Positions 14,603 to 29,544 of a stretch of DNA of 64,000 nucleotides are shown one piece after another. Source of the DNA: Mytilus edulis (taxonomy: Eukaryota); assembly GCF_963676685.1 (NCBI RefSeq), contig NC_092349.1, positions 77,500,001 to 77,564,000 on the forward strand, given 5' to 3'. The position numbers were made by a program, and so were the translations under genes. The notes beneath the pieces are model-generated. The model was given only the letters and a program-made list of their open reading frames with translations. It ran no database searches and was not told the DNA's origin. The first letter of the stretch is position 1. The number at the start of each line of letters is the position of its first letter.

Positions 14603-16134
14603 TATTGTATATATATTCACAGAAAGATAATATTTCTATATACTAATTTTACGTTACAAGTCCGACGTAAGCTCTGCAAAATAGGTTTAATTTGGGAACT
14701 GTAACATGCTATTGACTGTCGAACATTTCGAAAATTGGTGACCAGAAAGATCTTTGGATTTTGTATTTACATTATTTTTTCCCCCAATTTTTTATATCAA
14801 TATTCAGCAAAGATAAACATTTTCTATATTTCCCAGTTTTAAAAGATTCTATTGCTTCAGCTCGATAAATAATGAAAATAAAACATTCATGTATTTGTAT
14901 GTATAAATCTAATACCACAGTATAACAATTGCATGTATATTTCTAATACCACAGTCAAACAATTGCGTGTTTATTTAGAATGTCACAGTTAAACAAATAC
15001 TTTCTTTTAAATGTACGATTATTGTTTAGAAATAACTTCAAGAAAGAGTTACTATTTTCTATTCTAAAGGCATCTATTTTGCCAGTGTTTGCACAGAATA
15101 AAAGAGGTATAACAAAGTGGCAATACAAATTCATAATGCACCATATGACCAAAAACCAAGACAAACACAACCACCATATGACCAAAAACAAGACAAACAC
15201 AACCACTAAAACATAACTATGAAATATTAATAGCCGAAAACAACGCACTGTGCGCTTAATGCTTACTCTACAAAATGGGTTTCGCGTAATATTGAAGGCA
15301 CAGCGTTGACCAAAATTTGTTTACATAAACTAGCTCGTCAAAGATACAAGGATTCATTTTGTTTTATCAAAAGACGCAAAGATACACCTTCGTGCTTTCT
15401 TGTATTGCGAAATTTGTATCATTTGCAACCATATACCACATTATCTAATTTAGAATTTATCAAAATATATCTAATAAAAATAAAGTCCGTTGGCGAATCA
15501 CTGATTTCCTGGCGGATTGTATTAGCAGATAAAATCTCTACAAAAAAATGGCGTCAAGTAAAAACAGCACCGCTATGTAACCGCGTGTGACTATCATTGA
15601 ATTACGGGAACTACTAAAATAACGATAAAATTATCTATTTTGGATAACGAACTATAGTTGGCAGATCATTTTGCACACTTAACTGTAAAGTAATTTAGCT
15701 GTCTATATAAAAGTTCTCACTGTAGTGGAAACAATACAGAAGTATGCTCAATACAATTTCATGATTTACGTTCAGTTCTTTTCATTCAATTGTATTTTTC
15801 TCCTTGGACTGTTGGACAAAAGGTACTTCCCCCAAAATGAAATTCAAAATGGAAAGTCCCCAATCAAATGGCAAAATCAATTAAAACCTTAAAACACATC
15901 AAACGAATGGATAAAAACTGTCAAATTCCTGACTTGGTACGGACATTTCTTCTGTAGAAAATGGTAGATTAAACCTGATTTTACAATGCCTGTACCAAAA
16001 CAGGACTATGACATTTGTATACGATTCGTTCTGTAAGTAGATAACGTCTAAATGATAGTTTAATTTTGTTAGTTTTTATGGAATTGCTATTTTTGAATTT
16101 AACGTGGAGTTCTGTATTTTTGTTATACTTTATT

Positions 16135-16212
16135 CTTTCCTGTATGATATTCGCCCTTTCCTGTATGATATTCGCTGTATGATATTCGCCCTTTCCTGTA
16201 TGATATTCGCCA
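16135..16212. repeat. 21-bp minisatellite (ctttcctgtatgatattcgcc) x ~3.5
   Basis: Read directly. Confidence 0.9.
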
Positions 16213-17561
16213 ACAAAGAATATATAAATAGCATCACATACTCAACATATCTTCGTTTGATTAAAAGGCAAGAGTTTCCGAAATCCACAGGTCCGGTATA
16301 TGACATATAAGTTAATGATGTAGGAGCAAAGAGTTTTTCAACTTACACAAAAATGGGCAGCAAAGTGCCATATTACATTTTTTTTTAACAAAAAACCGTG
16401 TGTGGTAAAACGTAGGGACAAACATCCACCAAGTATCCTCTTAATCTGCCCTTGCTTTTGTGTATGTCACAGTTTTTATGGAAATATCTTATCAAAACAA
16501 ATAATTTACTCACTTTTTGAAATCCAATTAATACATAGTTCTTAGTATTCCGAGTGTACTATAAAACTTTTCAAGAGTCAAATATGAAGACTGTTAAATG
16601 CCAGAGCTGCCTGTACGTATTCAAACATTATTGACATTTGTCTTATCACCTGATATTTTTAAAAAATTCAATAAAATTAGACAGCCATGCCCTTATGTAA
16701 TACAGTCCTTCTATTTGTTGAATTATATGTGTACTTTACATCAAAAGTACCAATCAACTATTAATGATGCAGTCTGGTTTCAAGAACAATTAAATACTTG
16801 TCTCCTTGTTCATTTCACTGCAAATAGAATTTAATTAGAAATTATTATATATTGGACAATAAACTTATTGCTCTTTCAATGATTTTACGAATTTGTTGTT
16901 GATTCAACAGATGGGTATGTTTATCAGGAATTATAAAATTTGAGTGTATTAGGAACGGTTAGGATAATAAAACCGGAGTATATATGGTTCAAAGAATGAA
17001 AGGGAAGGTCCCATTTATAATGAAATAGTCATATCTTTCACTATTTCCTGCAACGATAACGGAATAGGATATTGGTAATCGTATCCTTTTCATTTCAGGA
17101 AACCATGTTGAGATCGTCGTTATTGTTAAAAACAATACAACTATAGAGCCAATTAGAATTAGTTTTGATTGTGATAATCTAACATTTTCACTACATTAAT
17201 CTAAACATATTCAATTAGCGAGTACCATCAGCGAAGAAGTTATCATTTTCAATAATTATCGCCTTATTATTTGATGTATTTGTATATTATGAGATATTAC
17301 GTTACAACAGGTGGCAGCAACACAATAACAAAGGAATCAGCAAAGCAAATATCATTATATGTCAAATAACAAAATAAGGGGAAACAAAACATAATCATCG
17401 AACACGCAAAAAATGGTTAAACAACACCAGGATATAAAGACAAACAACCGTCCCCATAACAAATATATAGAAAAATAAAGATTGAGCTACATAAACATAA
17501 AACAATCCTTCCTTGTCAAATTGTGACCCCATCGGGTCATAAACATATGGTCATTATCTGC

Positions 17562-17695
17562 AAAAAGTAAAAATAAAAAATAATACCGAACTACGGGGAA
17601 ATTCTAAACCGAAAGTCCTTAAGCAAATGACAAAATCAAAAGCTCAAACACATCAAAAGATTGGATAACAACTGTCATATACCTGACTCAAGTAC
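17562..17695. repeat. Copy of dispersed repeat 'gtaaaatcacaaaaatactgaac...ggaaagtccctaatcaaatggc...caactgtcatattcctgac'
   Basis: Related copies at ~15830-16030, 18578-18606 and 25155-25280, and inverted at ~19215-19340 and 34933-35066. Confidence 0.8.
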
Positions 17696-17838
17696 AAAAG
17701 AAGAACAGGAACACGGCTAATAGTAGTGTAACATATTCGTTGTCGTCTGATCTAGAGTTTTCCGCTTCAGTCAACCAAGTCATGATGGTATCTATCAATT
17801 AAGACACCTTGTCTAATAGACAAGTAACATGAAAAAAA

Positions 17839-18230
17839 ACTAGATGTGTCGAAAAGACACGAATGGCCCCGTCTCAAATTTTTTTTTTAAATCTGCAATT
17901 TCAAGAACACATGTGGACACAAACATGATGGTAGTCTCATATATAAAAAAAATCAGCTTAAAATCTGAAGGCGTATAGAAAAAAAGTCCGTATAACTGTG
18001 ATTTTCAACAATTTTCAAAGTCGTAAACCCTTAATTTTGGCAAAAATCAGCGGAGCGAAACTTAACTTAAACTTGATCTGTAACTCATCGTGGTTAACTC
18101 ACATATCAAATATCAGCCCAGTATCTGAAAGCGATTAGAAAAAAAGTCCGTATAATGGTTTGTTGCGGAATCACGGAATGACGGACAAGGGTAAAATTAT
18201 ATGGCACCGACTTCGTTACGGGGCCATCAA
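17839..18230. mobile_element. HINE/DINE-like (Helentron-associated) non-autonomous element
   Basis: Subterminal inverted repeat ATGGCCCCGT (17863-72) / ACGGGGCCAT (18218-27); terminal hairpin atggcaccgacttcgttacggggccat; acggaatgacggac microsatellite remnant; internal direct repeat agaaaaaaagtccgtataa; A-run flanks. Confidence 0.6.
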
Positions 18231-20710
18231 AATCATTGTCAAAATTGTGTCAGTCATAAGAGGTTAACATCCGTTCATAATTTGCAAAAGTGTGGATGGA
18301 GAACAAAAACGAGGCTCATAGAAATGGAACATATCCATTGTCATCTGACGCAGATTGTCCGTTTCAGTCAACCAAATCATGATGATATCCGAAAACTTCG
18401 GCAACAGAATTTCATCGATTTTCAAATCTTTTCAATCGAAAAGAAGATACAAATTAAGGAGGCAAATAAAAACTAAGGAAATCGAATAAATTCCAAAAGA
18501 AGCGAGACCGGTTGCAATGACAAGAACAATTCAGAGAGGTTAATTCACTTTTAACCACTCGCGTTTAGATCGTTTAAAAAGTAAAATAACAAAAATACCG
18601 AACTTCAAAGTTCTCTAATAATTTCATGAGGACTACATTTATTTTCCTTATTCATTATTTAAGGGGCTTGCTTGATTTGTAACACTCAACTTACTGACTT
18701 GATACTCCAATCACTATTGAAATTTGCATTCATCTTAATTCAAAAGAGAGTTTTTGACATCCAGTTAGAGAGAACAGAAACGAGAACAAAGGTTCTCCCA
18801 TGTCAGATCATAACTACTAGTAAAAAAGAACAATTAAATATATCAAACAGTATTGTTTCAGTTTTGTTGACTCTCTAAAGAAACCCAAAGGTTGACTTTG
18901 GATATAGAGGTATCATCATCAGTATAGCTGCCAACCGGAATTTAAACCCATTCTGAAGAGGGACGTTTGTGTAGGATACCATTCATCTCGTTTAACCAGC
19001 TTTAACGAACCGTGTTGTGGGCACTCAAACTATTATTAATTACCTTACTGTTACAGCTTTAACAGCAATGTACCTGACAATGTGAGAGCTTCACATATAT
19101 AAGTATTCTGTTTCTTAATTTATATAATACAGCTAAATACCAAACTATACCATGAAATTATTGACTAATACGGAAACAGTTCTTTACTTTACTTGTTTTT
19201 CATTTACACAAGTGAGAGATTTACCTAGCTATAAAACCAGGATTAATCCACCATTTTCTACAATAAGAAAATGCGTGTACCAAATCAGACATTTGACAGT
19301 TGTTATCCATTCGTTTTTGTTGTGTTTGAACTTACTTTAGGTTTTTGTTACTTTAGTTTTTTTACATCTTAACCTTAATGATTTGCAAAATTTGTTTCTT
19401 CAACATTAAGAAATACACCAGAATGAAATGCATTTTCAGTTTCTTCCACCAAAGCTCTATTCCTTCCTTAGACAAGGTTACAATATTGGTGTTAAAACGA
19501 TTAATGTTCTTTGATGTTCACTCCCTTATATAACTCGTTCAATTACTTTATTCGGCCATTCCACATCAAACGTAATTGTCTATATTGTAATATAACAAGT
19601 TATTCTTATCATCATGAGCGTTATAAATGGCTGGACTATAGACCTAGGTGTCGTCCAATAATAAAATTGTAACCATCTCTCATCCTCTTGTCATTTATAT
19701 AAAATATATTGACAAGCGACAATTACCATTGTCTTAGAAAAACCAAAATTGAGCCCAATATTGCGAACAAATAGATTTCAGTGTAATAAACGACACCTCA
19801 AACACGGCGATGTCAGTTATAATCAATGTATTCGACAGATAGACAGTATGAATATAACGACACTAACACATCAATTATGTCTCCGTCAACTGATAGCGGA
19901 TTTCTGTTGACTTTCTTACAAAGATATGTATTTCATAGGACTGAGTTGAGACGCGCCTTAGTGTGAGTGTTTTATAAAATGTCTAGAAATGAACCGAAAC
20001 AAAATTAAAATTTTAATGGTTATTACTGTCCTAAAATCTAGTAAGCTTTTTTTCTAAACTTAAACATTCACGCGTCAAATAGTAAGATTAATTGAAATAA
20101 ACGCAGACATGGGTTTTCATCCATGATACATACACTCGCCACTTTCAAATACACAGCAAAAGATTATCTAAACATCAACGTACGGTTTTGATTTGTCAAA
20201 GTTTGGTTCGTCTTCATTTAGATCAGCCTTCTCAAATATTGCGTATTATGCGTATCAATAAAATGTTTCTATTAATACACACGATATATATATATTGAAA
20301 CCAAAAACAGCAGCATTTTCGTGCTGCCAGGAAATATCATTGATCTATCAATATTTCCGTAAATTACCTCTATAGAATATTAATTACTCGAAACACGAAG
20401 GTTGTTGTACCCCCGTTTTAGTTTGCCTTCGCTATGTTTGGCACAACCTGTTTTAGTTTTTTGTTGTTAATGCTTTTTGTTTTGGAATTGGGATTTCAAC
20501 TGTCTTTACTATTGCTATTACTATTACACAATTATAAACCTGGTAACTTTTATCATTTTTAATTGTTTTGTTTATCTTTATCTGTTTCTTTATGCTAGAA
20601 TTATGAATAAGTGAACCAACTAATTTGAACATCGGTAACTTGTGTTGCCCTTAAAAAATAACCGAACATAATTTTCTAGTATTGTTTTCCTTTTGTCTTT
20701 TTGCATTTAA

Positions 20711-20983
20711 GGTGGTACCCAACACTTTCACTAAAATTAATTTGGTTCGTTTAATTTTCATAAAACTTTGAAAAAGTATTTACTTTGACCCTATAACAAA
20801 AATATAAAAAATTCAAAAATGTTGAACCAACCATTTTATCAGAAAAATTACACTGGTTATATAGCAGTTTGACAAACACCAATTTTGATCATTGAGAAGC
20901 TTAATATTCCCTTTACAACACAATGTATTTAAAACGTTTAACTCACACTACAGAGTTATCTCCCTGTAGTGTAAGGTACCACC
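20711..20983. mobile_element. Kolobok-like MITE
   Basis: TTAA|GGTGGTACC...GGTACCACC|TTAA: TIRs with RR..YY ends and a TTAA target duplication. Confidence 0.85.
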
Positions 20984-23900
20984 TTAAGAAGTTGTCTTTT
21001 TGCATTTAAGAAGGGGTAGAAGTAAACTTTATTTTGTTCTGCGATTTAAAGTTTGTGATTGCTTCCTTGGTAAATATCTTCATTTTTCATAGACAAAAAT
21101 GTTATACAAATCACATCGTTTAACACACTCATATTATATCTCATGATATGAAAAGAAAGAATATTACACAGAGTTAATCATAGAAACAATACTGATGTAG
21201 TTTAATCAATTTACAGAAGTTAATTGGTCTATTATAGATCAGTTCAGAAGTGCCAACTAGATGATTTCGAGAAATATCGACAGTTAACAGCGTTCGTTGA
21301 ATTCCTTAATTGGCTATATACATACATCGACGTGAAACAGAGTAATTCGATAAATACATATAAACCCGAAATTCATTTAAGTGTATACTCTAATACTATA
21401 ACCTCAAAAGCACACAGCCAACGAATAAAAACTACCAAATATTAAACATTTGTTTCCAATACTATGCTGCATAAAGGCAACTGTAGTACACCCCTGTTCA
21501 ATAGTCATCAATCGACCTAACTGAAACGAATACGGGTCACAAACCAAAACCATGGGAAACACATCAACTACCAGAGGAACCATTTTCAATATATGATACC
21601 CCGTAGGAACGTCTAAAAAATCAGTTTGTTATAAGACACAACTGATTCCATAGAATTCTGTTACAATTTATAAAAGTAAACTACTGAAATTATAAATATT
21701 AATAAAACTACATAGACTAGACAAGTTTAAATTGCTGTCTTTGTAGTTCATAATTATTGGAGGTTATATTAGAAAGACATATGAGTATATGTACACGAGT
21801 TAGCAACACTAAATGAAAAGGATTTAAAACGAAATCAACAGGACAACAAATCGGCTTCAACAAGCGACAAATATATGAACAAAATACTTCAAGCTCAAAA
21901 ATTGTGTTCAAACTATTCAACTTGTTTTTAAACAATTCAAGAATGCTATATCAACAAACATCTGACGTGAGCATATAACCCTTAAAAGGACAAAACCAGT
22001 GATAAACTTTATATTTTTTTAGCATTTGGTCTTACCATGTTCCTATGTAAAAAAAAACGACCTGATTTGGCTAGCCTGGTATGTTTGATGAATAAAACAA
22101 CTTGGTTGATTCCACTTCTGTTTCGCAGTGCATCACAAGGACAACACATGATAGTTGTTATACTTCAATGTTGATACGGTCATTTTCGATAAACCTACTT
22201 TAAATACATCTCAAAAAATGTTTCAACACTAAGGATTTTCTACCTACAGGGCATATATTTCTTTAGCATAATTAGACCCAACCTTTTGACATTTTTTTAT
22301 ATTCTAAATCTTAAGTTTTTCAGCTTTGTAATTGGTTTGGCCCTCTAAATATGTTCATTTGAGGATCACTGTTGAGACGAAAAGAGCGTTTATATACGTA
22401 ATCATAAATCTGGTTTGGTCCAGGTTAGCGGAAAATTAAGTGTCCATGAACTTGTGTATGTGATTATTGCAAGTCGGGATATTCTAATTCAGTGGTATTG
22501 TTGGATGTGTGTCTGTACTGTACATACAAAAAACTCTTTCGAAATAAATCTATTCTATATTCCACGATATGTAAAAAACATTAATAGATATACATTTGTT
22601 TTAAATACGGAAATTAGTTCTTTTTTTTATCTTTTGGAATATTTGACAAATTACAGCAATTCCTTCTTGACATTTGAACGGAAATTTATTATTATTTACT
22701 TTGATGTTGAGAAAAATAATCATGTGAAATAAAATTAACTATGATCGATTAATTGATTCTTGTTTAAATAACGTCAAAAGTTTAAACGTTTGAACAATAC
22801 TCTCTCTGTTTTATAAACCAAGTAATGAATGGACAATTTATTTCTACCTTATTAGTGTTATAGACTCTTCATATTGCCAATAAAATCAATTTTAAATTAA
22901 TTTATTTTTCTTGATTTTTCAGGTCAGTTTCCGGTTGCATCCCACTAATATAAATATGTACGTGTATAAAATACATTTAGAAGTTTATGAACGTGTCAGT
23001 AATGGTATCTGACCCTATTTCAATCAATAGAAAAAATATTTCAGCTAATTAAAGATTCTTAAATTACGCTCATGCTGTTTTTCAAGTGTATTTGAACGTT
23101 GTACATTTAATTCTGGAGAATATTGAAAAATACAATGTTCCTTTCGGATCTATTAAATAAATAACAAATACGTGTTTAATATGCATTAATAGTCATGTAT
23201 CATACCATTGACAATTAAAACAAAGCGATTGGTTACTTCATAAACGGTTATCATAATTGCATACGGTTTATGTCTTAAACTTCGGATAATGCTGAACATG
23301 CAAATCTAAGTTAATTTTAAAATCTGATTCCGTCAAAGAGTAGTACTTTCCGGATACATGCTTGTCTCACTAAGATAATTGTTGTTTTTAAACATTTCCA
23401 TTGCATAAGAACTCTATGATCGTATAGGAAAGAAAAGTAAAGCAAGAAGTTCCCATTAAGGGAATTCATATACCGAATAACAGATAGTAGACTGGACAAA
23501 AGGCACATCACCAATAAGATAACACCATAGCACGGTCAAATGATAGAAGAAAACAACTTACTAAATATAACATAGACAACTCAACATTGAGCAAAACAGA
23601 CCCAAAAATACAACCTGGTTGAGGTCAGGGTACGTAAAGAAAATGCAGAAGATAGAAACTAATGTAGACCAAAACAATAACACCCAAATAGCCAGTTCTG
23701 GTCGTGTGTAGGTATTATTCGAGTAAATATAACTTGAAATCAAAATTAAAACCTTCTTATAAACACACAGAAAGTCTCTATGTGTAAACATATGAACTTG
23801 GTAAAATGGATGAATTTTATGACAAGAATATAGTTTACGACAAAAATGCTGATCTGAATGTTGGTGGTCGTGCTGATTAGGGCGCTGAATTCCGAATGCC

Positions 23901-26900
23901 CATTTTATATTCATAAAACCCACCAGTACCGCTCAAATCAGAATAATTAAAAAAAATATTTTTTTTTACTTGAATAGCTTTAAAACCGAAAATTCAAATT
24001 CATCAAAGTTTTATAGAAGCAAGAACATACCAAACATTGAGAAAATAGTGTACGAGCAGACCAATATATTTTGGTACTTCACCTTGCACATGTAATTCAT
24101 GCTAATTGGATTCTTTAAATGATTTTGTGTAAAAACATTTCAAATCAATCATAATATAGTGTAATGAACTAAAGTTAAAAACCAATAAAAATGACAACTT
24201 AATTACAGTAAATTATTTCCTTTCAACATGCAACGGTAGAAAATAAGGCATAGAAACTTTTACAAATGAATTGACACTTTTTTACAAAAATGTTAGACAT
24301 ATCTCTTAAACAGTCAGTTTTATTATTTGCAGAATCTGGGGAAATGGTTAATCGTAAGATTAACATGCAACAAATTATATAGATGAAAATTAATATTTAA
24401 TTATGACTTTAAAATCAAATAAATACATTATATAAAAATGTAAAACTCTATTAATGTGGAGGGTTAATGGATATACTATTGCGTTCATTTCAGAAAGTAT
24501 TGTTACACAATTAAAAGATTTAAAGCCAACACAAATAGCAACAGAAACAAAATGAGACAACATGAGGACCTGTGTGATCATCCTCCACCCTCTACCCACT
24601 TGGTTTTTGGTGGGGTTTGTTTGCCTAGTATCAAGTTTTCTATGTAGTCTTTTGTAGATTTGTCTTTTCGTCGTGTCTGTCATGTATTTATAATACCGTT
24701 TTCATTTTTTTTTTATCTACATTGCACATGTACCTTTTTATTATTTTTTTTTTTGGTATATCATACTTCTTCTTACTAAATATCATCAAGTAATATCTAT
24801 TAGAAATGAAATCAAAATCATGAAAATTATTATGTTTGACAAACACTGATTCTGCGCTGTTTAAATTCAGTTAAAGTCGAACTGATTCCTCTGATCAGTC
24901 ATTCATTTTCTTGGATGTACAACGTCAGAATAAAAATGACGTAACGATAGAAGTGAGGTGGTTCTTTTTAAGGTGAATCACGGGTTTACAGACATCTCTT
25001 ATTTCGATTTTAATAGGATAAAACGATGAAAATGATATCGGTTTTCGAGAACAACTTGGGATAAACATACTTCTTTAAAGATCTTTTCTCTGAATATATA
25101 CCTTTAAAATATCGCATCTCTATATAATTTGATCGATAAATAGATACATGTCAAAAAGTAAAATCACAAAAATACTGAACTCTTAGGAAATAGAAAACGG
25201 AAAGTCCCTAATCAAATGGCAACATTTAAAGCTATAACACACCAAACGAATGGGGAACAACTGTCATATTCCTGATTTGTTTTTTTTTTGCAGTTCAGTG
25301 TTTCTGTTATTCCGGTTTTTTTTTCTTTCGGTTGATGTGTTTTCTTCGATTTTAGTTTGTAACCAGTATGTGTTTTCGTTTTATCGATTTATGACTATTG
25401 AACATAGGTAAACTACAATTTACAAGATTTTTTTTGGTGCAAATGGAAATATTAATTTTCAAAATGAAACATCTTGGAAAAATATGAGTGGCACATAAAA
25501 GTGGTTTAAATTGAGATAAGAAGATACACCATGACCTCATACAGCTTCCAAAAAGTGTTCCGGTTGTCATAACTGCAATCGCGTCATTCTTTTTATACAT
25601 TTTGAGTCCTATATATATAACAATTCATATTCCCATTTATGTAACAGAAGTTTTATCAAATGAAATCAATTATAATAGTTTGAAATGATTAAATGCTAAA
25701 CAGCAAATTTCAAAAGATTTGATATGCTTTAATCACATACAAGCAAAAACTAAAACTGTATTTCAATATGGATCTAAATCATTAATTTTTCTTTGTACAT
25801 GTAGTGATTTGTCGGTTGTTGTTAATTTCTTTTGTCGTTTTACCAATAGTTTTGATACTTCTGTCTAATTGAGATTAAAAATTTCTTTCTTTTCAAGTTA
25901 GTGAAATAAATACACCTCGTTCATATAGTGCTTTGAATTTTAAAAATAGTATGAGACGATCGAAAAAATCAATACCAAATGAATTCGTGTTTATTAACGG
26001 GCATACTTTCAAAGCACAAAAAAGAATTTCAATAGAATAGGCCTCCTAGCTCTTTTGGTATATACGTTGTTTTATTTAAAAACATATATTTAAGTAGAAG
26101 TTTGCCCTTGAATTTGTTCCTTAACTCTCATTTGTACCATTATATGTTTGTTAAAAAATGTATCGACTCAACTAGTATCAAATCCAAATTAAGACACTCA
26201 GCTTTGTCATTCTATATTTGTAACTGAAGAAAAATAGAAACTGATTTCATTTGTGAAAGGTTAAGGTTTCGACCTTACTATACGGATATTCCATTTTCCT
26301 TTATGTTAGCAAGCAATCAATTGTTCAGTCAGTGTATCAACACATCCAGTATACAATTGTCTGAATTTTCTATTGCTCTGTTTTATATAGATGTAAAACC
26401 AAAGCACCGACGAAGAAATGTGTAAAACTCCAAAACATAATAACGATGGTCGTTTTTTTGTCTTATACTAACACGAATAATATCATTGCAACGAAGTAGA
26501 AATGTAACCAGTCATATACTAAGCAGTGACGTTTTATCATTTGAACTTAAAAGTTTACACTTTGAAAGACGTTTGCTATAATTTTATTTAACATTTCTGC
26601 TTTTTCTAGGCAGATTATGATACATAATTATTTTATGTATAATGAAACATCTTTTTTACCAAATAACAATTGAAAAAAAAATACGTTTTCGAAGCAACAG
26701 TATTCTTTATATTTTTCTGTGCGAATTAAGCAATGTTTACTTTTTATGTATAAAGAAATATGTGGTGCTCTGATAGATAATGATATATAAGGTTTTATCG
26801 GCTTGACAAATCAATTGATATCTTCTTCTTTTTTTGACCACCATTTAAACAATTTACAGCAAAATGCTAGAATAAACTAACAAAGTAATAAAACTAATTT

Positions 26901-29544
26901 ATATATCGACTTGATGAAAACATATTTAATTCAATTAAAGTGCAATTTAACACAATTATCAATTCCTTCCCTCAATTTTTACGAAATGTAAATTTACTTG
27001 GAATAGTTTATAAGAAGAATTTGCAAAAAATTAAAATAAATCTTGTTTGTTGAAGAAAATCACATACCTGTACACTTATCATGCGGACATCCTCTCAATA
27101 TTTAGTAATTAAAACTCAGATCATGAATGGTCATAAATCCAGTACGTTTATTTCTCATAATAATCGTCTTACTTGACGTGTACGGTCCATTTTTCGCTAA
27201 TTAAAATATTTCTATCAACTATTTAACCATCACATCAATATTTTGTTTGTAGAATTGATCTATTGTTTTTCCGTCATCTTGAAGATTGTTTCATTTCTGT
27301 CTACCGTTACAGGAACTTCATAATCACAGCCTAATACATAACGATCAAATATTGAAATTTTCTTCCCAAACTTACTCAATACTCTTTTTACAGATTTCAG
27401 GCACCGTTATTTGCATGCCAGTCAACTTTCCTTACAATGATTATAGTGTTTATTAATAATCACATCGTACGTCAAATTGATGCACAGTATATGAAATTTG
27501 TATCGGAAGTAGTTCCATAAATAAATCTGCTCCATTATTTCTTTTTTAATTTATTCACAAACGAACTTTCTATTTTTTTATTTCATGTTTATGGTTAATT
27601 CAAAAGAAATTATAAATACTCAAATCCATATATCAACAAATATTTATCTTTTTTCTTTAATTCTAAACTTTGATTTTATACTAATATGCCATTTCTCGTT
27701 TATAAACCGCCAGTGGCAAAACATATCGCTGAAAGGCATAATTTAAATAGAATAGAGATCTTATTTCAAATATTCAAAATGTAGATGCACAGGAAACACA
27801 GAAAAATATAACAACATATCATATTTGAATGAAAGTTTTCCAAAGGCTATACAACAAATTTATCTTTTATGGTATATGCATCTTATCTTAATCTTGACTT
27901 TTAACAGTTGCATTCGGTATTGCCATAGGATCATTTACTTAAGTAATCCGATCTATTTAAGGACTATTGCATGTCATTTATTTTTATTTTCTACTATCAA
28001 ATGTTATTCATTCTTAAGATAGAAAGGAAATGTTTGCACATTTTTAAGTAAATATGTAAATGAGTTTATCGTTTATTCTCTCTTGAATGGAGAATTGTCT
28101 CGTTGACACTCATGCCACAGCTTCTTATATCTATTGAAAAAACTGTTATCAGGAAAATTTGATGCAGTTTGAGGTTGCTACTGATATTCATTCCTTATTA
28201 GAGAAACGAACAAAGCAATAAAACAAATACAAAAAACAACAATGAACATGCTGGTTCAGCAGAACGCTGTAAAGTTTTAAACGTCATTAGCAATATATTC
28301 CATCTGCAACATAAGGAGAACTAACAAAGCAACGTCAGGTAAAAACGAGTTGACATGTAAACTTATTTAAATTTTTTAAAAGTCATACAAAATCGAAATA
28401 AATAAATAGAAATTATTATGAATTTAAAAATGTAATGATTCAAAAGTTCATTTTCTATTTAAGATATACATGAAATAAATGAACAAATGATCTGAAAACG
28501 TGTTGTACCAACTTAAAGATTAGCACCAAATATCGAGAATGATACATAATTTGCATGTATGTAAAATCCAAATAATAATAAAACGGATAACAGGAAACCA
28601 CAATAATACGAGAAATCACAACCTCCAACACTCGCCTCATCCCCCCAAAAAAGTCAGACGTGCAAACAAAAACAAAAAACAAATAACAACGTCACAACAT
28701 GTTTTTGAACTAAAAATAGACATGCACGATCTAAAACAGCGTCATAAGATGGTAATACATATATGTTGGCCTTTTCCGTTTTTCTAACAATATAATGTGC
28801 AACACAATAGATTTGACGGTCTGCATCGTAAGTTTAAAATATCATTGGTTCTTACTGACGTCATATCAACCATAGACAATAAAGCAACACGAACAGTGTA
28901 AATTTTAATTCTCAGTCTAGTCATATTTCACGTTGGGCTTATACTAAACTTGAAAACTCATTATTTAGCATTCACACAAATAGCTCTGAATTATTCATTC
29001 AAATATCGTGTACGAAATTAACCACGTGACCTTGTGATAAGCTTCTGTATTGAGAAAACAATTAGGAATCGGATAATAAATAACAAATAGCACTGTGAGA
29101 TATTGAAAGCTATTAACAGTAACAGAAAGTACTATGAACTATATAGTAAGGATGTTTTTATATTGATGGGATTTCAGGAAACCACGTAAAATCATGTTAA
29201 TTTGCTATACTTTCTCTGAATGGAAACAGTATCTTTGATATTGTTATAATAATGATAAGAATGTAAATATCAAAAGTAGGGACAAAGTATTTTAAAACTA
29301 ATCAAGTTTTTTTTCTTCGAATACAATTTAGAAAAATGTAAGAAAATACAGAGTGAAAAATAAAAGAATCGAACGTTTCCGAGAAAGAAAGAATACCAAT
29401 TCCAAAGGAATAGAAAAAACAAACAAAGTTTTACACCAATCCATCGGTAGCTATTTAGAAGAATATTTCTGTGACTCTGTTATCAGTCAGAGATTCTCTC
29501 TTACAACAATAAACATTTTATTCTGGTTTTTTTTATTTTCTTTC

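Larger units (their letters stand above)
15704..24353 (+). pseudogene. Possible decayed multi-exon gene for a type-I membrane protein (signal exon, ~330-400-nt exons, TM segment, small cytoplasmic exons)
   Basis: TATATAAAAG at 15704; exon 15744-15822 MLNTIS*FTFSSFHSIVFFSLDCWTK ending in phase 1; acceptor at 16910 continues DGYVYQEL*NLSVLGTVRIIKPEYIWFKE*; exon-like blocks from 18664 and ~19600-19927; TM-like frameshifted segment ~22447-22545; AG/GT-bounded small exons 22923-22957 and 24333-24353. Many stops and frameshifts; no family identified. Confidence 0.3.

Noticed and set aside
22230-22415. Relic resembling a hammerhead-bearing dispersed repeat (cactgttgagacgaaaagagcgt)
   Set aside because: Core is mutated and stem II is missing; not a supportable ribozyme.
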